This document shows, piece after piece, positions 9,588 through 19,615 of a stretch of DNA of 64,000 nt. The position numbers and the translations under genes are program-made. The stretch is from a virus. Every line of letters starts with the position of its first letter. Position 1 is the first letter of the stretch. The notes under the pieces were generated by a model, which had not been told where the DNA came from, did no database searches, and worked only from the letters and a program-made list of their open reading frames with translations. Where the stretch lies: positions 32,001 to 96,000 of the IMG/VR virus record IMGVR_UViG_3300046782_000129. The stretch is one strand, 5' to 3'.

Positions 9588-10931
9588 ATGGGATTTGTAG
9601 TAGAAGTAGTGCCGATCTTAACGGGGGCGATGTCAGCCTTGCCCTACTCGGAGGGGCTGGAACATCTGTACACGTTTCAATCGGCGTTTGACGAGACGGT
9701 ACGCGGAGCCGTCAAGCAGGGCAACACGTTGTTGGTGCCACGGGAGAGCGTGCCGTACGCGCTACCGAAGAATGACTATCGAACGCTGAGTCCTTCCAAG
9801 CCGGTGAAGGTCACGTTCATCCCTCGCAATGAGGAACAGCAGAAGCTGAGCGTCAAATCGTTGAACCTGTTGTATCAGGGACACAGCCATTTGTTCGAAG
9901 CCCCTACGGGGTGGGGCAAGACGGTGGTGGGAGGTGTCATCGCGGCGTCGTTCGGTCAGCCCACGCTGATTGTCGTGACCAAGGAAGACCTGATGCACCA
10001 GTGGCGCGATTCGCTGACACAGGTGCTGGGAATTTCCCCGTCGCTGATCGGCCACATTCAACAGGACGTGTGTGACTGGAAGGGCAAGCAGTTCGTTCTA
10101 GGCATGGTGCAGAGTCTGATCATCGAGGACAAGTACCCATCGGAGATGTATCGAAACTTCGGGCTGTTGGTGTTGGACGAAGTACACCAGATGGCGGCAG
10201 AGTGCTTCGTCCGGTCGTGCCAGTTGTTCACGGCCAAGCTGAGACTCGGCTTCAGTGCGACCCCCATGAGGAAAGACGGCAAGACCAAGCTCCTGCACTG
10301 GCACATTGGTCAGACGCTGGTGAAGGGCACCATTCTGAATTCTAAACCCAAGGTGCTGATTAGGCAGACGGGCTGGAAGATTCCGTACCACAGCAAGCTG
10401 ATCGGCCACAATTGGCAGCAGGTCCCGATCCCTCACTCGCCCGGTCGCATGATGACGGTGAACAAGGCCATCGCGGCGTCGGAAGGCCGGAACCTAGAGA
10501 TTGTAAATTTTGTCGTCCAGAGCTACAAATCTGACCGTATCACCTTGGTGATGTCCGACTTACGGGAGGCCCATCTGAATCGGCTGTTTCAGATGTTGAC
10601 AAATGAGGGCATTCCGGGTAATGATATTGGATACTATCTTGGCGGCATGTCCAAGATCGAACTGTCGCACACAAAGCAGCGACGAGTGGTCCTTGGGACC
10701 TACAAAATGTGTGCGACGGGTACAGACGTACCGAGGTGGGATACGCTGGTGATGGCGACCCCCCGAGCGGACGTGAAGCAGGCGATAGGCCGAGTGCTCA
10801 GAGCAGCCGAGGGCAAAAAACAGCCGGTGATTCTCGACCTCGTGGATTACAACGCCATCTTTCAGGGATTCCACATGGCACGTCTCAAGACGTACTACGC
10901 CATCGGGGCGGAAGTCGTCAAGGTGCAATGA
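9588..10931 (+). CDS. Superfamily 2 helicase (UvsW/XPB-like)
   Basis: APTGWGKT, DEVH, SATP, QAIGRVLR. Confidence 0.9.
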   Translation: MGFVVEVVPILTGAMSALPYSEGLEHLYTFQSAFDETVRGAVKQGNTLLVPRESVPYALPKNDYRTLSPSKPVKVTFIPRNEEQQKLSVKSLNLLYQGHSHLFEAPTGWGKTVVGGVIAASFGQPTLIVVTKEDLMHQWRDSLTQVLGISPSLIGHIQQDVCDWKGKQFVLGMVQSLIIEDKYPSEMYRNFGLLVLDEVHQMAAECFVRSCQLFTAKLRLGFSATPMRKDGKTKLLHWHIGQTLVKGTILNSKPKVLIRQTGWKIPYHSKLIGHNWQQVPIPHSPGRMMTVNKAIAASEGRNLEIVNFVVQSYKSDRITLVMSDLREAHLNRLFQMLTNEGIPGNDIGYYLGGMSKIELSHTKQRRVVLGTYKMCATGTDVPRWDTLVMATPRADVKQAIGRVLRAAEGKKQPVILDLVDYNAIFQGFHMARLKTYYAIGAEVVKVQ

Positions 10932-11395
10932 TGGAGACGAACATGGCGTTGATTATGAAAACGCAGGAGCCGGTGACCTCTGGACCGGCCAAAGGATTCA
11001 GTTGGGATGCGTGGTATGCCAAGAACAAGTCCCGGCTGTCCGAGAAGCGTGCGAGGCGATACCGTGAAGACACCGCCTATCGTGAGGCCGCGTTGGAGCG
11101 AAGCCGCAAGCAGCGTGAGACGAAGAAAGTCACCGTGAAGGATGACAACTGGGTGTCCTTCAACGATGCCGCTGTTGGTCTCGGCATCACGGTCTGGGTG
11201 CTTCGTGAGTGGCGGCGGAAGGACTACTTCCCCGAGCCAGCACGGCGACAGGGACGGCTGTGGTTTACTCCACCGCAGGTCCAATTGCTGCAACGATTGC
11301 ACGAGTTCTTCGTGGCGCACGGGGTGCGTGTGACGGAGGCCAATCGTCAGGCCCTTGAGGAAGTGGTTAGTTTGATTTATGCGAATTGGAGCTAA
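10928..11395 (+). CDS. MerR-like HTH DNA-binding protein
   Basis: AAVGLGITVWVLREW...GRLWFT. Confidence 0.6.
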   Translation: MMETNMALIMKTQEPVTSGPAKGFSWDAWYAKNKSRLSEKRARRYREDTAYREAALERSRKQRETKKVTVKDDNWVSFNDAAVGLGITVWVLREWRRKDYFPEPARRQGRLWFTPPQVQLLQRLHEFFVAHGVRVTEANRQALEEVVSLIYANWS

Positions 11396-11398
11396 CGT

Positions 11399-11749
11399 GT
11401 GCCGTTGAAGATGAAAAAGGGGATTCTCCCGAAGGGACCGGACTACCACAAGCACCTGATGTCCAAGCCGATCACGGGGATGGAGTCATCGTCCAAGTCG
11501 GTGTCTGGAGAGAAGGTGGCCGAGTCCACGGGAGAAACCCAGACGCTCCACCCCGGCGTCTTCACCAACGGCATGTCCATTACGGTTGAGGGCGGTCGCG
11601 TGTTGAATCTCGGCAACTACGAGACCGCCCGCGTTGGCGTCACGATCACGGTGCCCTGCGACAAAGACACGTTGAATGAGGCGTACATCTTCGCCACCGG
11701 ATGGGTGTCTTCGAAGATCGAAGAAGCGGTCAAACTTGCTAAGGAGTAG
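11399..11749 (+). CDS. Conserved phage hypothetical protein
   Basis: NLGNYETARV motif. Confidence 0.6.
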   Translation: MPLKMKKGILPKGPDYHKHLMSKPITGMESSSKSVSGEKVAESTGETQTLHPGVFTNGMSITVEGGRVLNLGNYETARVGVTITVPCDKDTLNEAYIFATGWVSSKIEEAVKLAKE

Positions 11750-11751
11750 CC

Positions 11752-11952
11752 ATGTATGAGCCGGTTGAACCGTTGCTGGTGAACAAAGAAAACGCGGCCA
11801 AGATGTTGGGCGTGGGCCAAGTGGCCCTGAACCGTCTGATTCGAACCGGTGAACTGTCGGTCATCGACTTGGGCCGCAGGTCGCCACGTCTTTCGGTCGA
11901 GGAAATCAAAAGTCTCATTGCCCGTCGCATGAAGTTGACCGCAGCAGAATAG
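11752..11952 (+). CDS. Excisionase-like HTH protein
   Basis: AAKMLGV...LIRTGEL...GRR. Confidence 0.7.
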   Translation: MYEPVEPLLVNKENAAKMLGVGQVALNRLIRTGELSVIDLGRRSPRLSVEEIKSLIARRMKLTAAE

Positions 11953-12007
11953 ACTTGACAAATAGGTCTGGTTCTGCCAGACTGCGGGTCGTCATCCCAC
12001 GCAAGGA

Positions 12008-13186
12008 GTGCCTTTGGCCCTAGTCCTGAAGTCTGAGGGGAAGACTGTCCCGTCCGTCAAGAAGGATAGGAAGCCTCCAACTGGTACGTTGCAAGAGGTG
12101 TTGGTCGGGATCCGCAAAGACAAGGGTGAGAAGGTCGTGGTGGCAGGAAACGAAATTCCTGTCGTCAGACGTCTCCCCACAGGCATCTTCGAATTTGATT
12201 TTTATACCGGTGGCGGCTTCCCGTGTGGCCGCTACAGCATTGTGTACGGTCCCGAGTCCGGGAACAAGACCAACGTCTGCCTCAAGGCTGTGTCCCATGC
12301 ACAGAAGCAACCGCCTCCCTGTAACAAAGCGATCTGGGTCAACATCGAACAAAGCTTCGACCCCGTTTGGGCAGAGCGTATGGGCGTCGATACTAAAGCT
12401 TTGTTGGTGGTTAACGCTGGCTATGGTGAGGAAGCCATTGATCTGGTGGATGCGCTGGTTCGGGCGGAGGATGTGGCCATTGTGGTTGTGGATTCTATGG
12501 CGGGTCTCATCGCCAGCAAAGAGATTGCCCAATCCGTCGAGCAATATGACGTCGGAACCTCCGCTCTCCTGATCAAACGCATGGTGAACAAGCTCATGAT
12601 CGCCTTCGGGGAAGAATCGAAGCGTGACCATGACCCCTGCGTCATCCTGATCAACCAGACTCGGTACAAGGTCGGGGTGATGTTCGGAGACCCGGAGACC
12701 ATGCCCGGTGGAGAGGCCCAGAAGTTTCTGTCCAGCCTCCGCGTGCGGTTGAGTGCGAAGAACGTCATCGACAAGGCCACCGGGATCTTGGTGTTCAAAG
12801 AAACCAAGGTGGTCGTCAAGAAGGCCAAGGTCCCAGTCAGGACCACCAGCTTTGAGTTCAGCCTCTGTGTCCACGCCCACGATGATCTGAAGGTCGGAGA
12901 GACCGATAGCTTCAACACCGTGAAGTCTCACCTCCAAGCGTTAGGGATGTTGGTCAAGACCTCCAAGGGTTATGCCCTGACGCAGAATGGAAAGACGCAG
13001 AACTATTCTACGCTGACGGCGATGCAGGACCGGTATCTGAAGGACGCCGTGTTCAAGATGTTCTTGCAGAGCATGGTGATCGAAGCGTACCGAGACAAGA
13101 TGGTGTTGGTCGAAGAGACGAATTATTCCCCGAATGATGTGGAGCCGGGAACGCCGGTCGAAGTGCAATCAGTTGCCGAGGAATGA
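12008..13186 (+). CDS. recA: RecA/UvsX recombinase
   Basis: YGPESGNKT, VVDS, INQ.R.KVGVMFGDPETMPGG. Confidence 0.92.
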   Translation: MPLALVLKSEGKTVPSVKKDRKPPTGTLQEVLVGIRKDKGEKVVVAGNEIPVVRRLPTGIFEFDFYTGGGFPCGRYSIVYGPESGNKTNVCLKAVSHAQKQPPPCNKAIWVNIEQSFDPVWAERMGVDTKALLVVNAGYGEEAIDLVDALVRAEDVAIVVVDSMAGLIASKEIAQSVEQYDVGTSALLIKRMVNKLMIAFGEESKRDHDPCVILINQTRYKVGVMFGDPETMPGGEAQKFLSSLRVRLSAKNVIDKATGILVFKETKVVVKKAKVPVRTTSFEFSLCVHAHDDLKVGETDSFNTVKSHLQALGMLVKTSKGYALTQNGKTQNYSTLTAMQDRYLKDAVFKMFLQSMVIEAYRDKMVLVEETNYSPNDVEPGTPVEVQSVAEE

Positions 13187-13187
13187 A

Positions 13188-13511
13188 GTGGGATTGCATA
13201 TCAGTCCGGAAGCGAATGACCTCATAAAAGTGCATTGGACAGATGCGGCACTGGAGGTTGTTCATGCCATAGCCCAGACTACTATGTACCTTACGACAGA
13301 TAAGGTCTGGTGGACGCTACCAGCACACTATCGAAAAGTCGTGAGAGAGCCACGAAGGTTGGGACCGGTGATGGTCAGAGCGCGGTCACTTGGGTGGATT
13401 ACTTCTATGGAAAAGTGGTCCAAAAGCAATCGTTCTGTGAATCATCACAGACCTCTTAGGATGTGGAAGTCATTGCTGTTCAAAAAAGTGGTGGTAATAC
13501 GCAGAGGGTGA
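13188..13511 (+). CDS. Hypothetical protein
   Basis: Fills operon; lower GC; start uncertain. Confidence 0.5.
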   Translation: MGLHISPEANDLIKVHWTDAALEVVHAIAQTTMYLTTDKVWWTLPAHYRKVVREPRRLGPVMVRARSLGWITSMEKWSKSNRSVNHHRPLRMWKSLLFKKVVVIRRG

Positions 13512-13877
13512 GTGATGCCGAACCCGTATCTGGACCGCTTAGCAGCGCAGGGTAACAACGCCCACGGCAAGAAGTCAGAGCGCAAGGTGGCCAAGAAGTT
13601 GGGTGCCAAACTCCATCCGAATTCCGGAGCCATGGTGGGGGCGAAGTCTGATGCCAGCCTCAAGACTTATCGACTCGAAATGAAATCGACCACCACGCAA
13701 ACGCTCATCATCGAGATGGCGTGGCTGGTGAAAATCGCACAAGAAGCCTTAGCCCATGGGCAGACCCCTGCCGTCGTGGCGTCCTTCGTGGACCCCCAAG
13801 GGAACCCACGAATGAAGACCTACGCCGAGTGGGTGGTACTGCCCATGGCCACATTCAAAGACCTCACTGAGACGTAG
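13512..13877 (+). CDS. PD-(D/E)XK nuclease, Hjc-like resolvase
   Basis: E...SGA...KSD...LEMKST. Confidence 0.65.
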   Translation: MMPNPYLDRLAAQGNNAHGKKSERKVAKKLGAKLHPNSGAMVGAKSDASLKTYRLEMKSTTTQTLIIEMAWLVKIAQEALAHGQTPAVVASFVDPQGNPRMKTYAEWVVLPMATFKDLTET

Positions 13878-13879
13878 CC

Positions 13880-14776
13880 ATGACCTCGTGGTTGCACAAC
13901 GCCATTCACCAGTCCAACAAGCCGAAGCAGTCGGTGATTGGTGTGCTCAAGCGGCACTTGGGGGGCATGCACCCCGGACGGTCGATGAAGGTGCTCCATG
14001 CCTCCGACGTGACTAAGCCACACTTCTGTCCACGTCGATGGGCCTTCTTCGATATCTTTGAGAAGGATCCACCACCCGATCCTGTGTCGGCGGCACTAGA
14101 CGTGACGTTCCAGATGGGTCTCCATGCTGAGCAACTGGTGGTCGAAGAGTGGGGCGGCGATGCCGTGATTGGGAACTGGCGATGCCGATATTGTGGAGAG
14201 CAACGGTCAATGGTACCCAAGCCCGAGGGCTGGTGCTCCGACGACCGGAGGCACTGGTGGCAGTATCTTCAGATGACCGTGGAGGCCCCGGAGTACGGAA
14301 TCCAAGGCGGCATCGATGCGTTGTTCAACATCGGGGCACCGCAACTGGTGATTACCGAGATGAAGACGCTGAACCCCACGGAATTTGAAACGATCCTGAC
14401 GCCTCTGCCAGAGCACCGGCTCCGCACCAACCTGTACATGCGGATCTTGGAACAGTCGTTGCATCCGTTCAAAGAAAAAATCAACACCAAGGAAGCCAGA
14501 GTGTTGTATATTAGCCGTGGCTATGGAAAGCTGAACGCCGAGTGGAATGAGATTCTGCCGTTCAAGGAGTTCACGGTCAAAAGGAACGACGGGGATTTAC
14601 AGGAGTTTCTGAAGCGGGCAACGTTGTTGAAGGAGTTCCGAGACCATGGTGTGATGCCTCCGGGCATCTGCACCACCGCGTTGGACAAGATTGCCAAGGC
14701 GTGCAGCGTGTGTCCCCCGTGCTTCTCCGGGAAGTATCCAGCCGGGAAGAAGGTGGAGTGCGTACCGCAGGTTTAG
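13880..14776 (+). CDS. Cas4/AddB-like PD-(D/E)XK exonuclease
   Basis: ASD...CPR, GGID, EMKT, C-terminal cysteine cluster. Confidence 0.75.
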   Translation: MTSWLHNAIHQSNKPKQSVIGVLKRHLGGMHPGRSMKVLHASDVTKPHFCPRRWAFFDIFEKDPPPDPVSAALDVTFQMGLHAEQLVVEEWGGDAVIGNWRCRYCGEQRSMVPKPEGWCSDDRRHWWQYLQMTVEAPEYGIQGGIDALFNIGAPQLVITEMKTLNPTEFETILTPLPEHRLRTNLYMRILEQSLHPFKEKINTKEARVLYISRGYGKLNAEWNEILPFKEFTVKRNDGDLQEFLKRATLLKEFRDHGVMPPGICTTALDKIAKACSVCPPCFSGKYPAGKKVECVPQV

Positions 14777-15249
14777 ACCCAGCCACCTGTACTGGTCTAG
14801 CACTGGTAGGAGAGGACGAAGACCGAGGCAAGACGATCCACATCAAGAAGGAGCGTGGCTTTCTTCGACTGCAACTGATTGCCAACGAGGTTTCTGAAAC
14901 GCTCCACACATGGGATCCGCTCTTTGTGGCGGTCGAGGGATACGCTTACGTCCGGAACGTGAGTTCGTTCGTCACACTGGTAGAGATTGGCACGGCGATT
15001 CGGATCGCCTTGAAGCAGATGGACATGTCGTGGGTCGAGGTGCCGCCGACCGTGCTAAAGAAATGGACGACAGGACGTGGAAACGCAACAAAAGACGAGA
15101 TGGCACTGGCCGTTAACCAGCGATGGGGATTCCATAGCCACTCGCATGATATCGTGGATGCGATTGCACTGGCGCAGATGGCGCAGCTAGGCTGGAAAGA
15201 AGTGCAAGAAATTCACGGCGTCACGGTCGGATGGACAAATTTCCGTTGA
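14758..15249 (+). CDS. ruvC: RuvC-like Holliday junction resolvase
   Basis: GLDP, VEG, PTVLKK.TTGRGNATKDEM, DIVDA. Confidence 0.85.
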   Translation: MRTAGLDPATCTGLALVGEDEDRGKTIHIKKERGFLRLQLIANEVSETLHTWDPLFVAVEGYAYVRNVSSFVTLVEIGTAIRIALKQMDMSWVEVPPTVLKKWTTGRGNATKDEMALAVNQRWGFHSHSHDIVDAIALAQMAQLGWKEVQEIHGVTVGWTNFR

Positions 15250-15339
15250 CAAACGGATACTAACTTCAGTAGAGTGAAAACAGCCACAAAAGCTGGGCTA
15301 AACAGATCGTTGAGTCCAAGGAGTGGAAAGGAGTAGTTT

Positions 15340-16074
15340 GTGATGAAAATCGGAGCATTTCGAAAGAACGTCGGGAAGACTCTCACGGTCAAGTCCACCA
15401 AACTGGGGCTGAAGACCGTCGCCAAGAACACGGCCCGGACGAACATCGCACTGGGCACCGTCGCGCTGAAGGTCCACACGGGCCAGTTGCTTCAGACGAT
15501 GAACCAGTACCTGCTCGGCGTGCAGCAGACGCAGGAGATGAAGGACTCGGCTCTGCCGGTCATGGGCAACATCGGGTACGACTTGGCTCTGTTGGCCAAG
15601 GTGCTCAAGGGCAAGCTGCCGTCGAGCACGAAGAAGATCAAGCTGGTGGGCACGCGGGCGGCGGCGATCCTCATGCTGGACGGTCTGGCCACGGATTTGC
15701 TGGTGCAGGTTCAGCGAGGCGCGTTTCAGGCCCCCAAGATGACCACGGTCAAGAAGCTGGTCTCCATGCCCCTGAAGGGCGGAGCCAAGGAAGAGCGCAA
15801 CGTCGAGGTCGTGGACTCGGAGGCCGAGAACGCCGCCGAGACGGAGCGTCAGACGGAGATGAAGTCGTTCCTCAGCGGGGCGGTGGATGTCTACTGGCGG
15901 CTGTGCTTTGACCTGTTCGGACAGCCCCCGGTGCATGTGCTGGAACACCAGTTCAAGGTCATGCAGCAGGCGTACCCGTCCGTCGAGTTCAACGCGAAGC
16001 CCAAGGTGAAGAAGGCCCCGGCGAAGGCCGTTGCCAAGGTCAAGAAGAGCAAGGCCGAAGCGGTGTCCGCGTAG
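15340..16074 (+). CDS. Lys-rich hypothetical protein
   Basis: Own promoter (15246), AAGGAG RBS, strong codon bias. Confidence 0.7.
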   Translation: MMKIGAFRKNVGKTLTVKSTKLGLKTVAKNTARTNIALGTVALKVHTGQLLQTMNQYLLGVQQTQEMKDSALPVMGNIGYDLALLAKVLKGKLPSSTKKIKLVGTRAAAILMLDGLATDLLVQVQRGAFQAPKMTTVKKLVSMPLKGGAKEERNVEVVDSEAENAAETERQTEMKSFLSGAVDVYWRLCFDLFGQPPVHVLEHQFKVMQQAYPSVEFNAKPKVKKAPAKAVAKVKKSKAEAVSA

Positions 16075-16077
16075 GAC

Positions 16078-16107
16078 TTGACAAATCAGCACCGGCCATG
16101 CCATAAT
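16078..16107 (+). promoter_or_regulatory. sigma70-type promoter
   Basis: TTGACA-N18-CATAAT. Confidence 0.7.
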
Positions 16108-16136
16108 AGGCAGGTTCGGTTCAAGGAGGAACAGAA

Positions 16137-16937
16137 ATGAGTTCAGCAGCAGAGTCAGCAACGGTGGTCGAGGAAGCCAAGACGGAAACGACCGCCATCG
16201 GGAAGAAGAAGGTCGAGAAGACGGGCAATCTGATCGTGGACATCGCCCATGAGGTCGAAGGTCTCACGAAGACGAAGGCCCTCAACGAGGCCGACCGGTT
16301 GGCCGAGAACATCGAGGTCAACTACTTCAAGATGGGCGGCGTCTTGAAGCTCATCAACGACAACTCGTGGTTCGAAGGCTTCGAACTGTTCGATGACTTC
16401 GTGCGGGAGAAGTATGGATTCGAAGGGCGGAAGGCCCGCTACCTCGTCTCCATCTACGACAACCTCGTCACCAAGATGATCCCGTGGGAGAAGGTCAGTC
16501 ATCTGGGCTGGACCAAGCTCAAGGATCTGGCCCCCGTCCTCACGGTGGACAACGTGGACGAGTGGGTGGCGAAGGCCGAGAAGCTGACGGTCAAGGAACT
16601 CTTGGCCATCATCAAGGAAGCCAAGGAGACCGGTGAGGGCGGCGACAAGAAGATCAAGACGACGGACGAGTTCGTCAAGATCAACTTCAAGCTCAAGCCC
16701 GATCAGGCGGAGATTGTGACGCAGGCTCTGGCGAAGGCCAAGGGTGAGCTTCACACGGAATTCGATGCCGTGGCTATCGAAAATATCTGCATGGGCTACG
16801 TCGGCGGGACGATTTCTGTCCCGAAGCCCTTCAGTCTGGACGAAGTGATCGAGACGACTGGGTTCGAACCGATGCTCAAACGGATCGCGGAGCTTTTCCC
16901 GTCCTATGACATCACGGTCGCGCCGGTCGAAGCGTAA
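16137..16937 (+). CDS. Putative DNA-binding protein
   Basis: FDDFVREKYGFEGRKARYLVSIY HTH-like segment; strong RBS and promoter. Confidence 0.55.
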   Translation: MSSAAESATVVEEAKTETTAIGKKKVEKTGNLIVDIAHEVEGLTKTKALNEADRLAENIEVNYFKMGGVLKLINDNSWFEGFELFDDFVREKYGFEGRKARYLVSIYDNLVTKMIPWEKVSHLGWTKLKDLAPVLTVDNVDEWVAKAEKLTVKELLAIIKEAKETGEGGDKKIKTTDEFVKINFKLKPDQAEIVTQALAKAKGELHTEFDAVAIENICMGYVGGTISVPKPFSLDEVIETTGFEPMLKRIAELFPSYDITVAPVEA

Positions 16938-17093
16938 GAAATTCGGGCGGCAACTGACGCCCGAGGGGTGGTTGGGTCAGGGTGAGGATGTCATTCCGCA
17001 GCCCGCCCAACCATGTTTTTCTTTTGGCACTTGATTGCATAGGGTCAAGCAGCGTAGACTGTGGCTCCCCCGCCGTATAAAAGGAGCACATGA

Positions 17094-17333
17094 ATGGCTG
17101 AGACACCAGAACAACCCACGGATCCCACGTCCCCACCGGAAACGACTCCACCGGCCCATCCCGATCACGAACTACCGGGTGGCCCCGGCAGACCGGGTGG
17201 AAGTCCCGGACGTCCGGGTGGACCTATCGGACCCGGAGGCCCCGGTGGACCGGCTGGTCCCGGTGGTCCCGGTGGTGGTCCCGTCAGGCCCGGAGACAAA
17301 CCGGAACCCGGACGGCCACAGCCGAAGCGGTAA
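17094..17333 (+). CDS. Small Pro/Gly-rich protein
   Basis: AAGGAG RBS; PGGP repeats; followed by terminator. Confidence 0.55.
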   Translation: MAETPEQPTDPTSPPETTPPAHPDHELPGGPGRPGGSPGRPGGPIGPGGPGGPAGPGGPGGGPVRPGDKPEPGRPQPKR

Positions 17334-17347
17334 ACGTTACGCACGGA

Positions 17348-17379
17348 AGGGGGCGGTGTAAGCCGCCCTCTACTTTTTT
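17348..17379 (+). terminator. Rho-independent terminator
   Basis: GGGCGG-tgtaag-CCGCCC stem followed by T tract. Confidence 0.65.
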
Positions 17380-17394
17380 GTTGGTGGAGGCGTT

Positions 17395-17607
17395 GTGGGC
17401 AAGGAAGATCGTCAGTCGGGGATTGTCGTCCGAGTGTTCCCGGACAAAGGCTTTGGCTTCATCCGGGATCAGAAGGGCACAGAATACTTTTTCCATCGAA
17501 CCGCATGTCGTGAGTGGGACACCCTGAAGATGCACCAGTCAGTGACGTTCATGGTGCAAGACAACCCCAAGGGACCACGCGCCGAAGACATTGCGGCTTT
17601 GTCGTAG
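17395..17607 (+). CDS. Cold-shock domain protein
   Basis: KGFGFI (RNP1), FFH (RNP2), KGPRA. Confidence 0.9.
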   Translation: MGKEDRQSGIVVRVFPDKGFGFIRDQKGTEYFFHRTACREWDTLKMHQSVTFMVQDNPKGPRAEDIAALS

Positions 17608-17722
17608 GAAAACACCCCACTTGACAAACGTTTGACAAGTGTGTTAAGTTAGGGGTTCGGTCGTCGTCAAGTAGTTGTCATGACACTCGGGTACTATTGT
17701 CGGCAATAGGAGGAAGTTCACA

Positions 17723-18397
17723 ATGAAGCAGTTCAAGACTCTCACTCTCGCAGTCGCACTTCTCGCGGTCCCCGCACTCGCGTCGGCCAGCACCATTCTC
17801 CAGTTCACGGAGTCTGGTGGGTTCAACACGCCGTTCACGATTACCGGGAATGGAGCCACGGCCACCATCAGTGGCAACAAGACCGTCAGCGTCACCATCG
17901 ACCCGGCGTTCTGTGCCGTGGCCGGTTGTGGTGGGATCCCGACCACGGATACCTACGTGCTGAACTTGGTGGCCAACAGCATCGGGACCGCTCAGGTCGT
18001 CGGTACGTCATTCAGTGAGGCGTTCTCTGGGACGTTCTCGTTCACCGGCACGGGTGCTCACGCTGGTCTGAACTTGCTGACGGTTAATTTCACCGACCTG
18101 CTTCAGGGCAGCATCGGCGGAACGAACCCGACGCTCCAGTCCAGTCAGCCGCCTGACTCGTTCTCGGGCACGTCGGCCATCTTCGGCACGCTCAATCCGC
18201 CGCGTGGGTTCAGCTTCGGGTTCTCGAATTTGAACCCGGCGTTGGGCGTCAACGGTACGGCAGTCCGCAGCGGTGTTGGTGACCTCGCAGGCACCATCAA
18301 CGCGACGGCCTCCACGGTTCCGGAGCCGACGTCGATGGTGTTGCTCGGCAGCGGGCTGGCACTCTTCGCACGTAAGCTGAAGGCCCGCAAGCAGTAA
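17723..18397 (+). CDS. PEP-CTERM surface protein
   Basis: Signal peptide; C-terminal VPEPTSMVLLGSGL + basic tail. Confidence 0.92.
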   Translation: MKQFKTLTLAVALLAVPALASASTILQFTESGGFNTPFTITGNGATATISGNKTVSVTIDPAFCAVAGCGGIPTTDTYVLNLVANSIGTAQVVGTSFSEAFSGTFSFTGTGAHAGLNLLTVNFTDLLQGSIGGTNPTLQSSQPPDSFSGTSAIFGTLNPPRGFSFGFSNLNPALGVNGTAVRSGVGDLAGTINATASTVPEPTSMVLLGSGLALFARKLKARKQ

Positions 18398-18412
18398 GTC
18401 TCCCCAGCAAGG

Positions 18413-18460
18413 CCCACGCAGTGGCAGACCTCGTTCGAAGGGCACCACTGCGTGGGATTT
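18413..18460 (+). terminator. Hairpin/terminator after PEP-CTERM gene
   Basis: CCCACGCAGTGG ... CCACTGCGTGGG 12-bp stem followed by ATTT. Confidence 0.55.
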
Positions 18461-18704
18461 CTCTCTAGATCCATAGGACAATTGGACTTGATGTAGGCTC
18501 TGTGGTAGAGTGCGGGCTTTCCCATGCCCAATTGCCATGATTGCCAGTTCTGGAAGAAAGATTGGGGTATCTGGGCGCACAACCGATGGACACGAGCGTA
18601 TTCCGAGAGAGGCTGGTGTACGTATCGTAAATTGGATCCACCCCTAGAGATGTCAGGCACGGCGATCTTCTGCCACTTTTATCAAGCCCTTCCAGAAAAA
18701 CCTG

Positions 18705-18902
18705 ATGTCTTCTATGCCCCCGGTCAATCGCAAGCTAGTCATCCAAGCGATGCTCAATGCATTGACCGCGCCCACCAAACCCCTGACTCAGTGGGAAGAG
18801 AAATTCTTGGAAAGCATCGGTGAAGATTTCGATGCCAAAGGTACGCTGTCAGAGAAGCAATTCGCGGTGCTAGACAGGATTTACAACGCGAAGGCGAATT
18901 GA
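18705..18902 (+). CDS. Hypothetical protein
   Basis: WEEKFLESI...LSEKQ motif common in small phage proteins. Confidence 0.55.
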   Translation: MSSMPPVNRKLVIQAMLNALTAPTKPLTQWEEKFLESIGEDFDAKGTLSEKQFAVLDRIYNAKAN

Positions 18903-18914
18903 ATTTGACGAGAG

Positions 18915-19030
18915 GTTAGGCCCCGCAGTAGGATGGGGCTGGGTCGCCCGATGGGATTAGGTTGTAGACGATGTGAGGATGGGAGAGTCTTCTCACCGCG
19001 TCTGCTGGGGAGCCGAACCCACCGGGCGAC
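18915..19030 (+). ncRNA. Candidate structured RNA (long nested hairpin)
   Basis: Intergenic; nested pairs GTCGCCCG/CGGGCGAC, TGGG/CCCA, GTAGACG/CGTCTGC, GTGAG/CTCAC. Confidence 0.35.
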
Positions 19031-19075
19031 TGCTTTCTGCAACTGAGTGCAAAATCTTTGGAGGGAGAGCATACC

Positions 19076-19441
19076 ATGGATGGGCTGGTGCCGGGTAGGG
19101 TCGTCTACTACGTGCTCAGTGCGAAGGATGCCGAGGAAATCAACCGGCGAAGGACGACGCCGGGATCCATTGCCCAAGCGATGGAAGAGGGCACGTGGAC
19201 GGTGGGAGCGCAGGCCCACGTCGGCAGTGAGGTTCACGAGGGAGATGTTCTCCCGGCCCAAGTGATTCGCATCTGGAGTCAAGAGACGGGTAACGTTAAC
19301 CTCAAGGTCAATCTTGATGGCAGCGACACGTTCTGGGCGACGACTCGTGCCTATACCGAGAGTAAAAATCCCGGCACATGGCACTGGATGTTTGATGGCC
19401 AAAACACTCGGTACAGGCCGGATCGCGTGGAGAAAGCATGA
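19076..19441 (+). CDS. Conserved phage hypothetical protein
   Basis: GRVVYYVL...VNLKVxLDG...GTWHW. Confidence 0.65.
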   Translation: MDGLVPGRVVYYVLSAKDAEEINRRRTTPGSIAQAMEEGTWTVGAQAHVGSEVHEGDVLPAQVIRIWSQETGNVNLKVNLDGSDTFWATTRAYTESKNPGTWHWMFDGQNTRYRPDRVEKA

Positions 19442-19615
19442 GCACTGCACGGTGTCAACTGTGCGGGTCGTCAGAGTCCGCGTGGCGGATCAACGAAGCC
19501 AACATCAACGTTGGAGAACTCCGGAACTACTCGATTCAAGCGTGCGAACGATGCACGGATGTTCTGTCCGAAGCCATCGTGACTGCGTGTGAGTCGTTGA
19601 CAAGGGTGATGGATC

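Noticed and set aside
13880-14776. Cas4 as part of a CRISPR or array-acquisition module
   Set aside because: Sits in a RecA/RuvC recombination operon 47 kb from the array; stand-alone Cas4-like exonucleases are common in phages.
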